Source: Bacteroidia bacterium (GTDB taxonomy: Bacteria; Bacteroidota; Bacteroidia; UKL13-3). Taken from it: 64,000 bases of DNA. The notes under the pieces are model-generated. The model made no database searches. It saw nothing but the letters and a program-made list of their open reading frames with translations, and was not told the origin of the DNA. The DNA is taken from positions 108-64,107 of the forward strand of contig JAGPCK010000010.1 in NCBI GenBank assembly GCA_018058135.1. Reading direction: 5' to 3'. Every line of letters starts with the position of its first letter. The first letter of the stretch is position 1. Below, piece after piece: positions 35,737 through 45,081 of this stretch. A program made the translations under genes and the position numbers.

Positions 35737-38030
35737 TGATTAAAGTTAAAGCAATATTACTGTTTTTATTAACGGCTGCACTGCTGTCGGGCTGCAATAT
35801 TGTGAAAAATCTTGAGCCCAACCAAAAACTGTTGGTCAAAAATACCATAAAGGCCCCCGGTTTAACCGCTCAGCAAAAAGATGAACTGGAGGCATTGATA
35901 AAGCAGAAACCGAATACAAATATACTTGGTATGCGCATGTATTGCTGGTTTTACATCAACGGGAATAAGGGCAAACAGAGCGCGTGGATAAGACGATTTT
36001 TCAGAAGAGTGGGAGAGGCTCCTGTTATACTTGACTCAGGATTTGTGGTGAGCACACAAAAGCAGATGAAACAGTACATGTTTAACAAGGGGTATTATGC
36101 TGCTGAAGTTGCTGCTGAGATAAGTAAAGGCAGAAAAGCACGTGTTCATTATTCCATCAACACAGGTTCTCCCTACAAAATAGCAGTGTTGTATTACAAT
36201 ATCCCTGATTCTGATCTTGCCAATGTAATTTATGCCGATACCAGTAAAAGGGTACTGGAGATGGGGCAACACTATGACCTTAATAATTTATTGAAAGAGA
36301 AAAACAGAATTAATGATATTCTTCGGAATAACGGATATTTTTATTTTACTAAAGATTACATCACATTTGATGTTGATTCTAATTACAGGAACAATACGGT
36401 TAAACTCTCGCTAAACGTAAGAAATCCGGGAAACAAAAAACACCTGAAATTTTATTTACGTTTTGTTAAAGCAGAATTAAGCGATGAAGAGGAAATAAAT
36501 CCGAAGTTAGACACCGTAGAATATAGGGGTGTAACTTATGTGTACAAAGGATACTTTGTAAAGCCTGAAATTATGGAACGCATGATTGATATCAAAGCGA
36601 ATGAAATTTATAATCAGGCAAAGGTACAGGCCAGTTATTCCCGCTTGTTGGATATGCAGTTGTTCCGTTTTGTAAATATTGCTTTTGAAACCGTAGGAAG
36701 TGACACAAGTGGATGGATTAATTGCATTCTTCGTATGTCGCCACACTTGGTTAATGAGTTTGTAGAGGAACCTCAGCTTATAACCTCAGACCAAAATAGC
36801 GCATTAACCAACCGCAATTTCAGAAACTATGGTGTGGCCAATAATTTTATCTTCAGAAATAAAAATACATTCAGAAGAGGCGAAATTCTTCAACTTACCT
36901 GGCGGGCCGCACTTGAAATACAGCCTACCAATACCAATGGTGGCAGATACTTTAGTTCAGAACAATCTATCACAGCCAGTCTTATTCAGCCCAGGTTGCT
37001 CGGTTTGAGAGCCTTAGAAATCAGGAAAAATGCCAGCCGAAACAAAACAAGTTTTAATCTGGCCTTTACCTACGAAACCAATATTGATTTTGTGAGGCGA
37101 TTGCTTACCGGTTCTTACAACTATCAACAAAGGCGTAATCTATTCACATATAGTTTTACTCCTTTGGAAGTTAGTTTTATTCAAACCAACCCTACACCAC
37201 GCTTCAGTAGTTATTTGGATACGTTGCAGGATATTTTTCTGCGTAATCTGTTTTCCAATAACATGATTATGAACAATCGCTTTACAGTAGTATACAGTAA
37301 CCAGCAAAAACATAGCGGAAGAAGTTACTGGTACATTATTTCTGATGTGGCTGAATTTGCAGGTAATGCCATCCATGCTGTTCAAAAACTTACAGGAGAA
37401 TCTATTGATACCACATTAGGCAGTTATCGTTTTTTGGGCTTGAACTATTACCAATATTTCAGGTCAACATTGGATGTACGTTACAACACTATTTTTAATG
37501 AAAACACCTCAATGGTGTGTCGAACTTATTTTGGTTTAGGGGTGCCCTATGGGAATTCCAGAGTAATGCCTTTTGAACGAAGATTTTTTATGGGTGGAGC
37601 AAATGATTTGAGGGCATGGCGGCCACGTATTTTGGGGCCGGGAGGTTTTGCCAACAGTAATGGGACTCAAATCGACCGCTCCGGTGAAATAAAACTGGAA
37701 GCCAACATTGAATACAGATTTGATATTCTTGACCCATATCTGGAAGGTGCTTTTTTTACTGATGCAGGCAATATTTGGTTATCCAGAAAAGACCCTTCGT
37801 TCCCTGACGGAGAATTTAACTTTTCCCGTTTTACACAAGAGTACGCTATGGATGCCGGAATAGGTTTACGTTTAAATTTTAGTTTTTTTATATTCAGGTT
37901 AGATGGTGCAATTCCATTGAGAGACCCCGGCTATGCCGCAAACAAAAGATGGGTAATAAATAACATAGGTACTAACCGGTGGGTTAGAGATAATCTACAG
38001 TTGAATCTGGCTATCGGGTATCCGTTTTAG
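35736..38030 (+). CDS. Omp85/BamA-family outer-membrane protein with a lipoprotein signal (TamL-like)
   Basis: 764 aa. TTG start followed by MIKVKAILLFLLTAALLSGC (lipobox). POTRA-like N-terminal region. C-terminal surface-antigen barrel (RFFMGGANDLRAW...LNLAIGYPF). Confidence 0.75.
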   Translation: MIKVKAILLFLLTAALLSGCNIVKNLEPNQKLLVKNTIKAPGLTAQQKDELEALIKQKPNTNILGMRMYCWFYINGNKGKQSAWIRRFFRRVGEAPVILDSGFVVSTQKQMKQYMFNKGYYAAEVAAEISKGRKARVHYSINTGSPYKIAVLYYNIPDSDLANVIYADTSKRVLEMGQHYDLNNLLKEKNRINDILRNNGYFYFTKDYITFDVDSNYRNNTVKLSLNVRNPGNKKHLKFYLRFVKAELSDEEEINPKLDTVEYRGVTYVYKGYFVKPEIMERMIDIKANEIYNQAKVQASYSRLLDMQLFRFVNIAFETVGSDTSGWINCILRMSPHLVNEFVEEPQLITSDQNSALTNRNFRNYGVANNFIFRNKNTFRRGEILQLTWRAALEIQPTNTNGGRYFSSEQSITASLIQPRLLGLRALEIRKNASRNKTSFNLAFTYETNIDFVRRLLTGSYNYQQRRNLFTYSFTPLEVSFIQTNPTPRFSSYLDTLQDIFLRNLFSNNMIMNNRFTVVYSNQQKHSGRSYWYIISDVAEFAGNAIHAVQKLTGESIDTTLGSYRFLGLNYYQYFRSTLDVRYNTIFNENTSMVCRTYFGLGVPYGNSRVMPFERRFFMGGANDLRAWRPRILGPGGFANSNGTQIDRSGEIKLEANIEYRFDILDPYLEGAFFTDAGNIWLSRKDPSFPDGEFNFSRFTQEYAMDAGIGLRLNFSFFIFRLDGAIPLRDPGYAANKRWVINNIGTNRWVRDNLQLNLAIGYPF

Positions 38031-41000
38031 TAACGAATCAATTTAGTTGTTATAGATTCTCGTGCAGAAACAATTCGCAGCACATAAGTTCCGCTTTTCA
38101 AAAACTCGGTATCTATTTTAATTTCCTCTTCAGGGTTTTTCAGGTCGTGAGTTTGTGCATAAAGTTTATTTCCGGCTAAATCCATAATGGTAATTTCTAC
38201 GCTGCCAGATATTGAATTTTGTAAAGTGATTGTTGTGCTGTTACCAAATGGGTTGGGATGGATAACTGCTGAGGTTTGTTTTGCCGTGTTGTTTGTTACA
38301 ACAGCAATATTCGAGTATTCAAAGAATCCATCGTGATCCACTATTTTTAGCCTGTAGTAAACAATTGCTGCTGTGTGTGCGTACTCCCCGTCAATTGAAT
38401 TGTAACTGCGAAGTGTGTTACTCATATCTGCGGCACTTACTGATTTGCCGGTGTATTCAAAATCCACTCCGTTATAAGAACGTTCTATTTCAAATCGCTC
38501 AGTGTTTTTTTCACTGGCAGTTTGCCATTGAAGTAAAATGTCTTTGTCCTGTTTGGTGGCAGTAAAGGACAGCAATTCTACAGGAAGTGGGGCATTAATA
38601 TCTGTTCCGGTAAAAATAGAAAAGGAAGTATAAGGTGTGGTTGGTACAAATGTTCGATTGGTAGCATTTACAGTTGTTCCTGAGCAGGCACAACTCCAGT
38701 TGTTGATGTTGGGGGTGAGGCCGCTGTTTTTGGCCATACGTAAATCGGTTGTGGAAGGCACTGCTCCAAGCAAAGCATCACTGAAATACAAGGTAGGCCT
38801 GTAACTCATACCTGACGGGGTGGTGGAAGGTTCAATGCGCCAATAGCAATTGAACGCGTTTTTTCCCGGTATAGGCACGGGTGGGTTGTTACCACTGTAG
38901 TACCATACCGACACTGAGGCCGGTACGTTGGAGCCACCTGTCCAGGCTATAGAGGCAATGGTTTTACCTGCAAAGGTATATGTTGTGGTGGTGCCTGCTG
39001 CCGGTACTGCACTGGCTGTAGCCGCAGGTGGTGTGGTGGAAGTATTGAACTCATCAGCGCCTATATCTGTACCACCACCATTTACTGCTTGAGACCGTTC
39101 ATCGCCAATATCTCCCTGCCAATCGTATTGTATACCGCTAATGGGCCAGCCTTTTCCATTCACATACCAACAAGCTGAATTGGCTGAATTAATGGTTAAA
39201 TCTGATGTGGTGGTATTGGTAAATAAACTGGTTGCTGCCAGGTTGCCGGTACTTTCACACCAACTGAAACGATCGCTGGTGTTTTGAACGGTGTAATAAT
39301 TGGCCCAAGTACGTGCTGCACTATTATGGTATATAGCTGTAGATGTATTTGGTACAACGTGTAAATTGTAGTTGATGGTTGCACCTGTAAAGATGCTGGT
39401 TGCGTTATACAATGAATAATTTGCACCCGAGCTGCTTCTTTTATTAAAGAAAATATTGTTTTGAACAGACATGGAAACATTAGTTCTATAGAAGCAAGCA
39501 GTTGCTTCAGTCAGTGTATTTGTTCCCTCTATTAGAACTGTATTGTAGTTACAGGTGTGGTTGGCCCCACCAATTATGCTAACTCCTCTAATATTTTGTG
39601 TAAGGTTATTATTATAATGGATAAAGTTATTTATGATATTAGCCGTGCCAAGATAAATATAAATGCCATTTGATATTGTTCCTGATGCTGATCCACTAAT
39701 ACCGATATCTGATATTCTATTCATGGATACAGTTAATCCTGAACCAGAAAAGTGTGTTATTCCACTAACCATAATATTAGCAGAAGTTGAGTTTTGGTTT
39801 TTGAGATTTGTTATTGTATTTTGATTAATATTGATTGTAGTACCTGTAGTTGTATAGTTGAATATACCAATTAGTGTTTGATAATAAGCACTATTTGTTG
39901 CTCCTGAGTACGTGGTTAAGTTTTTAATACTATTATTTTTAATTTCACTTTGATTGCCAATTACTCTAATGCCCCCCATATATGAGTACCCATCTGTTGT
40001 CCCAGCCCCATAACATAGCACATTTGATACGATATTGTCGTTAATATAAGTGTAAGAGAAGCCCGAATTATAAAGTATACCAATAAAGAGGTGATTTGCT
40101 GTGGAAACAGAAGAGCCAAGTTGAATGCTGTTGCTCACAGTACTACTTCCGACTGTGTTGTTTGATATGTAATCTGCAGCAGTGGTCATTAGATAAATCC
40201 CATAAAAAGCCAAAGGATATGAATTAGTAGTTGCAGTAAACTTTATACCCCCTATGCTATTATTCTTACACATAGCGTAGCTATTAGACGCGTAACTATA
40301 TATACCGAATGCATGAGTATTAGTTGAACTTCCGGTGAATCCCGTCATTGTGATTATAATATTATCTGTTGAGGTTGTACTGCCAATTCGGTTTCCGATT
40401 GAGTCGCCAATACTAGCATTTCCGGATACTAAATAAATTCCTGAAAACACACTCCCAGTATTTCTTGTTGAAAAGTTAATATTGCTGATAATATTGCCTT
40501 GAATACTAGCAGTATCTGTAGAATTAGCGGTAATATAAATTGGGTAAAAAGAAGTTACTTGTGTAGAATTAATTGTGTACGTGCCTGTTCCTGCTGCTGA
40601 GCTGTAACCTATTGTATTGTTTATAATACGTACTTTTGAATAAGCATATTCAAGTATGCGAATCCCAAATTGACTAACATTGAATGCAACAATAGTAAAT
40701 GTTGAAGTTTGGTATAACTTGTTTCCTTGTATTGTCCAATTATTTTGACCTACACCTTTATAAATACCATAAGAACTGTTATTTGTAGCAGTAAAATAAT
40801 CGAAGATATTATTGTTTAGAATTGTTACATTATTACTATGGTCAAAAGTTCCTGTACCATCATCAGGAGCATATATTGCAATTATCTGCCCCGTACTAAC
40901 ATCCCCAATATTGTTATTGCTTATAAGAATGTTGTCATTGTTACTTGAAACATGGTCAATAAAGATGTTGCCTGTGTTTTTTACGTTACTATATAAATTA

Positions 41001-41452
41001 GCGTTTTTAATTGTAATGTTTGAAGCAGAATTAGTTATTCTGACTGTTGATGAAGTATTGATTCCCTGATGTGAAATAGTAATACTCTGACCGGAACTAT
41101 TAACCCCATCAATTGTAATGTTATCAGAACCATTCAGAATTATTGCAGGAGAGTTTAAAGTTGTTGAGCAGCTTAATGTCACATTCGTATTAGGCGATAT
41201 GTTGATAGACGAATAATTTGCTGAACCGCTTCCACTGGCATTTAATGTTGCTGATGCCGTAAGCGTATGGCTGGCTGTTAGAGTAATAGTTATTGCACCG
41301 GTGTGTGTTCCGTTGTTAATGGCGGTAAAAGCTGCAGTAAGTGTTGCATAATTGGTAGGCGGGCCGCCAGTTGAAACTACAACTTGTGCATTGGCAATAA
41401 ACGAGACTATAACAAAAAGCAGACAAATGAGGCCGTATGTTTTACGTACCAT
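38027..41452 (-). CDS. large secreted beta-helix-repeat protein, T9SS cargo (paralog A)
   Basis: ~1141 aa from the ATG at 41452 (MVRKTYGLICLLFVIVSFIANAQ). N/S/T/I-rich beta-helix turns. LSFTAT...FEIERS...YYRLKIVDHDG domain. T9SS C-terminal domain. Confidence 0.8.
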   Translation of the reverse strand: MVRKTYGLICLLFVIVSFIANAQVVVSTGGPPTNYATLTAAFTAINNGTHTGAITITLTASHTLTASATLNASGSGSANYSSINISPNTNVTLSCSTTLNSPAIILNGSDNITIDGVNSSGQSITISHQGINTSSTVRITNSASNITIKNANLYSNVKNTGNIFIDHVSSNNDNILISNNNIGDVSTGQIIAIYAPDDGTGTFDHSNNVTILNNNIFDYFTATNNSSYGIYKGVGQNNWTIQGNKLYQTSTFTIVAFNVSQFGIRILEYAYSKVRIINNTIGYSSAAGTGTYTINSTQVTSFYPIYITANSTDTASIQGNIISNINFSTRNTGSVFSGIYLVSGNASIGDSIGNRIGSTTSTDNIIITMTGFTGSSTNTHAFGIYSYASNSYAMCKNNSIGGIKFTATTNSYPLAFYGIYLMTTAADYISNNTVGSSTVSNSIQLGSSVSTANHLFIGILYNSGFSYTYINDNIVSNVLCYGAGTTDGYSYMGGIRVIGNQSEIKNNSIKNLTTYSGATNSAYYQTLIGIFNYTTTGTTININQNTITNLKNQNSTSANIMVSGITHFSGSGLTVSMNRISDIGISGSASGTISNGIYIYLGTANIINNFIHYNNNLTQNIRGVSIIGGANHTCNYNTVLIEGTNTLTEATACFYRTNVSMSVQNNIFFNKRSSSGANYSLYNATSIFTGATINYNLHVVPNTSTAIYHNSAARTWANYYTVQNTSDRFSWCESTGNLAATSLFTNTTTSDLTINSANSACWYVNGKGWPISGIQYDWQGDIGDERSQAVNGGGTDIGADEFNTSTTPPAATASAVPAAGTTTTYTFAGKTIASIAWTGGSNVPASVSVWYYSGNNPPVPIPGKNAFNCYWRIEPSTTPSGMSYRPTLYFSDALLGAVPSTTDLRMAKNSGLTPNINNWSCACSGTTVNATNRTFVPTTPYTSFSIFTGTDINAPLPVELLSFTATKQDKDILLQWQTASEKNTERFEIERSYNGVDFEYTGKSVSAADMSNTLRSYNSIDGEYAHTAAIVYYRLKIVDHDGFFEYSNIAVVTNNTAKQTSAVIHPNPFGNSTTITLQNSISGSVEITIMDLAGNKLYAQTHDLKNPEEEIKIDTEFLKSGTYVLRIVSARESITTKLIRY
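38030..38269 (-). other. T9SS type-A C-terminal sorting domain
   Basis: AVIHPNPFGNSTTITL...ITIMDLAGNKL...SGTYVLRIVSARESITTKLIRY. Confidence 0.7.
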
Positions 41453-41472
41453 TTTTTTAGGGGCTAGGAACA

Positions 41473-41480
41473 CAAATTTA
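41473..41480 (-). promoter_or_regulatory. candidate -7 box for paralog A
   Basis: Minus-strand taaatttg, with 20 nt between its G and the ATG at 41452. Confidence 0.4.
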
Positions 41481-41535
41481 CACAATTTTTCAACATTCCA
41501 ATTTTAAGTTAAAAAATAAAGTGTTGAAAATTAGT

Positions 41536-44500
41536 TTAATGGCTAAGAGATAGTTTAACCAAAGAGGTTTTGCCATTGCACAACACACTTAAAAAATATA
41601 ACCCTGAAGAGGCTTTGGATGGGAACTCTAATTTTACAGGAATATGTGCGTTGAGGGTGATTTCTTGCATTAACCACACTTTACCTGTTATATCCGTAAG
41701 CTCAAGGTGAGCAGGTATTTCCTGCCCCTCGGGTATTGTAATATAAAATGTGCCGCTTGTCGGAGACGGGTAAACAGCAATGGCACCGTTTGCCAGTGTT
41801 CGCTCAACTTTACGTATTTCAGAGTAACTGAAGGAACCATCGGCATCTACCATTTTGAGTCGGTAGTAGGTTATTGGCGTTGTAATTGGCGTTGCATCTT
41901 CAAAAGCATATTCTTGTGTACTAATACTGTTTCCGGCTGCTGCAAGGGTTCCTTTTTTTGAAAAGATGTTTCCATCTGTGCTGCGTTCAATGTCAAAATA
42001 TGCGCTGTTTTGTTCGCTGGCAGTTGCCCAGGTTAATTGTGCTTTATCTTGATAGGGTGTTGCCGTAAAACTCAATAAAGCCACAGGTAACGGGTTGTTG
42101 TTGTCGGTTGCTGTGAAAAAGGAAAAGGACGTATAACTGGCAGAATTGTTAAAGGAATAGGTGTTAGCATCCATGTTGGTACTGCTGCAGGCACAACTCC
42201 ATCCGCTGGGAGCGTTGGAACTGTTTTTAGCCATGCGTAAATCTAAGGTAGAGGGCACGGCTCCCATCACCGCAGGAGACATCCACAGTTTTAGTTTATA
42301 ATTCAAATCGGCTGTTGCTGTAGCATCTATTTTCCAATAGCAGTTGGCTGCATTTTTACCGGGAATAGGGTAGGGAGGATTGTTGCCGGAGTAGTACAAA
42401 ACTGTAGGTTGAGCGGTTGGTAAAGTAGAGCCGGTTTGCCAGTCAATTTGTGCAATGGTTCGTCCGCCAAAAACATACACCGAAGATTGCCCTGCGGCAA
42501 ATGTACCCGTATGTGTAGCTGCAGGTGGTGCAACGGTTGGTACCACTTCATCGGCACCAATATCGGTGGCTCCGTCACTTAATGAGGCTGAGCGATCACC
42601 GTTGGATAAGTCAAAGTCATAATCAAGTCCTGCAACGGGCCAACCTTTTCCATTTACATACCATACTAAATTATTGCTTTCATTTAAATGCAAATCCCCT
42701 GTTGTAGCATTTAAGAAAAACAAGCTGGGGTCAATGGTTGATGTTGGTACGGCCCAGCTGTATTTATCTCCTGCAAAAGTGGATGCATAAGTTGAACTCC
42801 AGTTGTAATTCACAGAGCTGCTTCTGGCAATGGCTGAAAGAGAGGGTACAACATAAAGGTTATAATTAAAAACCGCTGTTGTTGACGTGGGTAAACCTGT
42901 AGTTAAAATTGCACTGTGATTCCCTCCTCCCGAACGGTTTTGGTAGAAAATATTATTGAGAAATTTGTTTTGTGTTCCACTGCTGCTGGCAGTTGTTTTG
43001 ATGCAACTACTTAGTACTAAAGATGCATTTGTGCCGGCAAGATAAATGGAATTATAATATGCATTAAGTGCGCCCGTATGATAGTTTTCAATTCCATATA
43101 AATTTTTTACAGTGGAGTTAATACTTATCATATTATTTTGTAAAACCCGGCTTCGGTCAGTATGGAGGCTAATACCTGTTATTAATGCATTATTGCTTTG
43201 AGATGAGTTGTACAGGTTGTAAATTTTATTGGCATCATATACATAAGTTGCTAAAGAAGAATCATTGATACCTGTTACTGTTGTAGTGCCGCTCCCAGTA
43301 TAAGAATTAGTAAGACCAAAAATTGTATTTTGTTGTATGATTCCTGAACCACTTCCACCGGCACCTATATTTATACCGGAAAGTGCAATATCGATTTGTG
43401 CAGATGTATTTGATTTACTATTTGTTTGCAAAACTTCAATAGTGTTGCCTGTTATGGATGCGTTAACTCCTCCTTGTGAAAAAATGCCACATAATTTTGT
43501 GGCTCCGGTATCTATGACGTTAATGTATTTAACATTGTTACTCGTGATGTTGCCATTATTCATACACCATATTCCATTCACATCATGCCCCGCAGAGGAA
43601 AAACCTGAGGAGTGGGATAGAGTTAATGAAAATGTAGAGCCCGGGCCATTTTCAATCCAATTGTTAGTAATTTGAACTCCGGGTGTTGAAGGGTAAGCTT
43701 GAATTCCGTTTAGTCTTACTTTTGCAGTAGCAGCACTGCAAACTACATTAATATTTCCAACTTTATTGTTGTTGATTAATGTGCCCGATGCTCTGTAATG
43801 TATGCCATTTATTGTTGTACCAGGTGCTGTACTGCTAACATTCTCATTGAATATAGCTATGCTTGTTGAAGCTGTATAACCAATGAAATTGCCATAGGTA
43901 GTTCCTACGTTTATTTTCCCCGAAGCAGCCCAGATGCCTGAAAAAATTCCCGGTCCGTAACCATTCAAACCTGTGTTTTGTCCTTTAGAAGTAAAAATAA
44001 TGCTTCGTATTACATTACTATCAATAATAGAAGAATTAGTATTACTTGAACTGATATAAAGTGTAATCCCCCAAAAAGGACAGTCTCCGTTACTTATAAG
44101 ATTATAATTTCCAGTTTGAGCAGAACTGGCAAAGCCAATTGTATTTCCCCTTATGGTGAAATCAGAGTTGTATGTCGGGCTGTAAATCCAAATAGCACCA
44201 TGATAATATCCACTTGCTGTTGATGTTCTGCTTGAGGTCTGAAAAAACCTATTTCCGGTTATAGTCCATCCTGTATGTCCATCTAAAGCATAAACCCCAA
44301 AGGAATGTCTGGTTGCACTGAAAAAATTAAATATGTTATTATTGGAGATAGTAATGTTGTTAGAAAATGTGGAAGTAGAGGCATTTCCAACTCCTGAAAT
44401 GGCGTGTTTTGCTGTGCCGGTTGAGCCACCAATGTCACAGCCGGTTATCGTATTATTGTTATTATTTGCAGTTGAAGAAAAGGTTATAACGCCCCACTCA

Positions 44501-44988
44501 GCAGATGTACTTGTATGGTTACTATATAATTTGCAATTTTTTATGGTATTGTTTGAAGCCCCATTGGTAAAATTCAAAACAGTACCATTTGATCCTGTGG
44601 TGTTATTAAAAGTAAGACTGGCAGCAGATGTGTTTTTCCCATCAATCGTCACATTATCTGCTCCGTTTAAAATTAAAAGCGGATTATCAAAAAAACCGGA
44701 GTTGGAAATTATAAAATGGCCTGAATTTACAGTGATAAGGATAGACGTATAATTGGCTCCACCTGAACCACTAGCTACAAGTGATGCAGATGAACCATAA
44801 GAGTTGGATGCAGTAACAAGAACAGTTATTGCCCCCCCATGTGTACCACTATTAATTGCATTAATTGCACCCTGTAAATTGGAGTAAGTTGATGAACCGC
44901 CAACGGTTCCGCTCACAGTAACCTGAGCATTTATTGCGTTTGCAGTGACTAATGCGAGTAAAAATAATATTAAACGTAGAGGTCTCAT
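41536..44988 (-). CDS. large secreted beta-helix-repeat protein, T9SS cargo (paralog B)
   Basis: 1150 aa. Signal peptide MRPLRLILFLLALVTANAINAQ. Colinear with paralog A along its whole length. Confidence 0.8.
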   Translation of the reverse strand: MRPLRLILFLLALVTANAINAQVTVSGTVGGSSTYSNLQGAINAINSGTHGGAITVLVTASNSYGSSASLVASGSGGANYTSILITVNSGHFIISNSGFFDNPLLILNGADNVTIDGKNTSAASLTFNNTTGSNGTVLNFTNGASNNTIKNCKLYSNHTSTSAEWGVITFSSTANNNNNTITGCDIGGSTGTAKHAISGVGNASTSTFSNNITISNNNIFNFFSATRHSFGVYALDGHTGWTITGNRFFQTSSRTSTASGYYHGAIWIYSPTYNSDFTIRGNTIGFASSAQTGNYNLISNGDCPFWGITLYISSSNTNSSIIDSNVIRSIIFTSKGQNTGLNGYGPGIFSGIWAASGKINVGTTYGNFIGYTASTSIAIFNENVSSTAPGTTINGIHYRASGTLINNNKVGNINVVCSAATAKVRLNGIQAYPSTPGVQITNNWIENGPGSTFSLTLSHSSGFSSAGHDVNGIWCMNNGNITSNNVKYINVIDTGATKLCGIFSQGGVNASITGNTIEVLQTNSKSNTSAQIDIALSGINIGAGGSGSGIIQQNTIFGLTNSYTGSGTTTVTGINDSSLATYVYDANKIYNLYNSSQSNNALITGISLHTDRSRVLQNNMISINSTVKNLYGIENYHTGALNAYYNSIYLAGTNASLVLSSCIKTTASSSGTQNKFLNNIFYQNRSGGGNHSAILTTGLPTSTTAVFNYNLYVVPSLSAIARSSSVNYNWSSTYASTFAGDKYSWAVPTSTIDPSLFFLNATTGDLHLNESNNLVWYVNGKGWPVAGLDYDFDLSNGDRSASLSDGATDIGADEVVPTVAPPAATHTGTFAAGQSSVYVFGGRTIAQIDWQTGSTLPTAQPTVLYYSGNNPPYPIPGKNAANCYWKIDATATADLNYKLKLWMSPAVMGAVPSTLDLRMAKNSSNAPSGWSCACSSTNMDANTYSFNNSASYTSFSFFTATDNNNPLPVALLSFTATPYQDKAQLTWATASEQNSAYFDIERSTDGNIFSKKGTLAAAGNSISTQEYAFEDATPITTPITYYRLKMVDADGSFSYSEIRKVERTLANGAIAVYPSPTSGTFYITIPEGQEIPAHLELTDITGKVWLMQEITLNAHIPVKLEFPSKASSGLYFLSVLCNGKTSLVKLSLSH
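41539..41781 (-). other. T9SS type-A C-terminal sorting domain
   Basis: IAVYPSPTSGTFYITIP...LTDITGKVWL...SGLYFLSVLCNGKTSLVKLSL. Confidence 0.7.
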
Positions 44989-45081
44989 TGGGTTTGTTAA
45001 AGCGAATTTATGTAAAATAGGCTTATAAGCAAATGATTAAGCTACTTTATTCAATACAGGCTGAACGCAATAACAGTTGCA

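Noticed and set aside
41453-41485. TTG-initiated 11-codon extension of paralog A.
   Set aside because: The extension contains the candidate -7 box itself. The ATG at 41452 yields a normal signal peptide.
41485-41532. Inverted repeat ttttcaaca...tgttgaaaa between the two paralogs, considered as an invertible-promoter (phase-variation) switch or a terminator.
   Set aside because: The 9-bp arms enclose only ~25 nt. The candidate -7 box lies outside the repeat, and there is no U-run. It is too small for a recombinase-driven switch and weak as a terminator.
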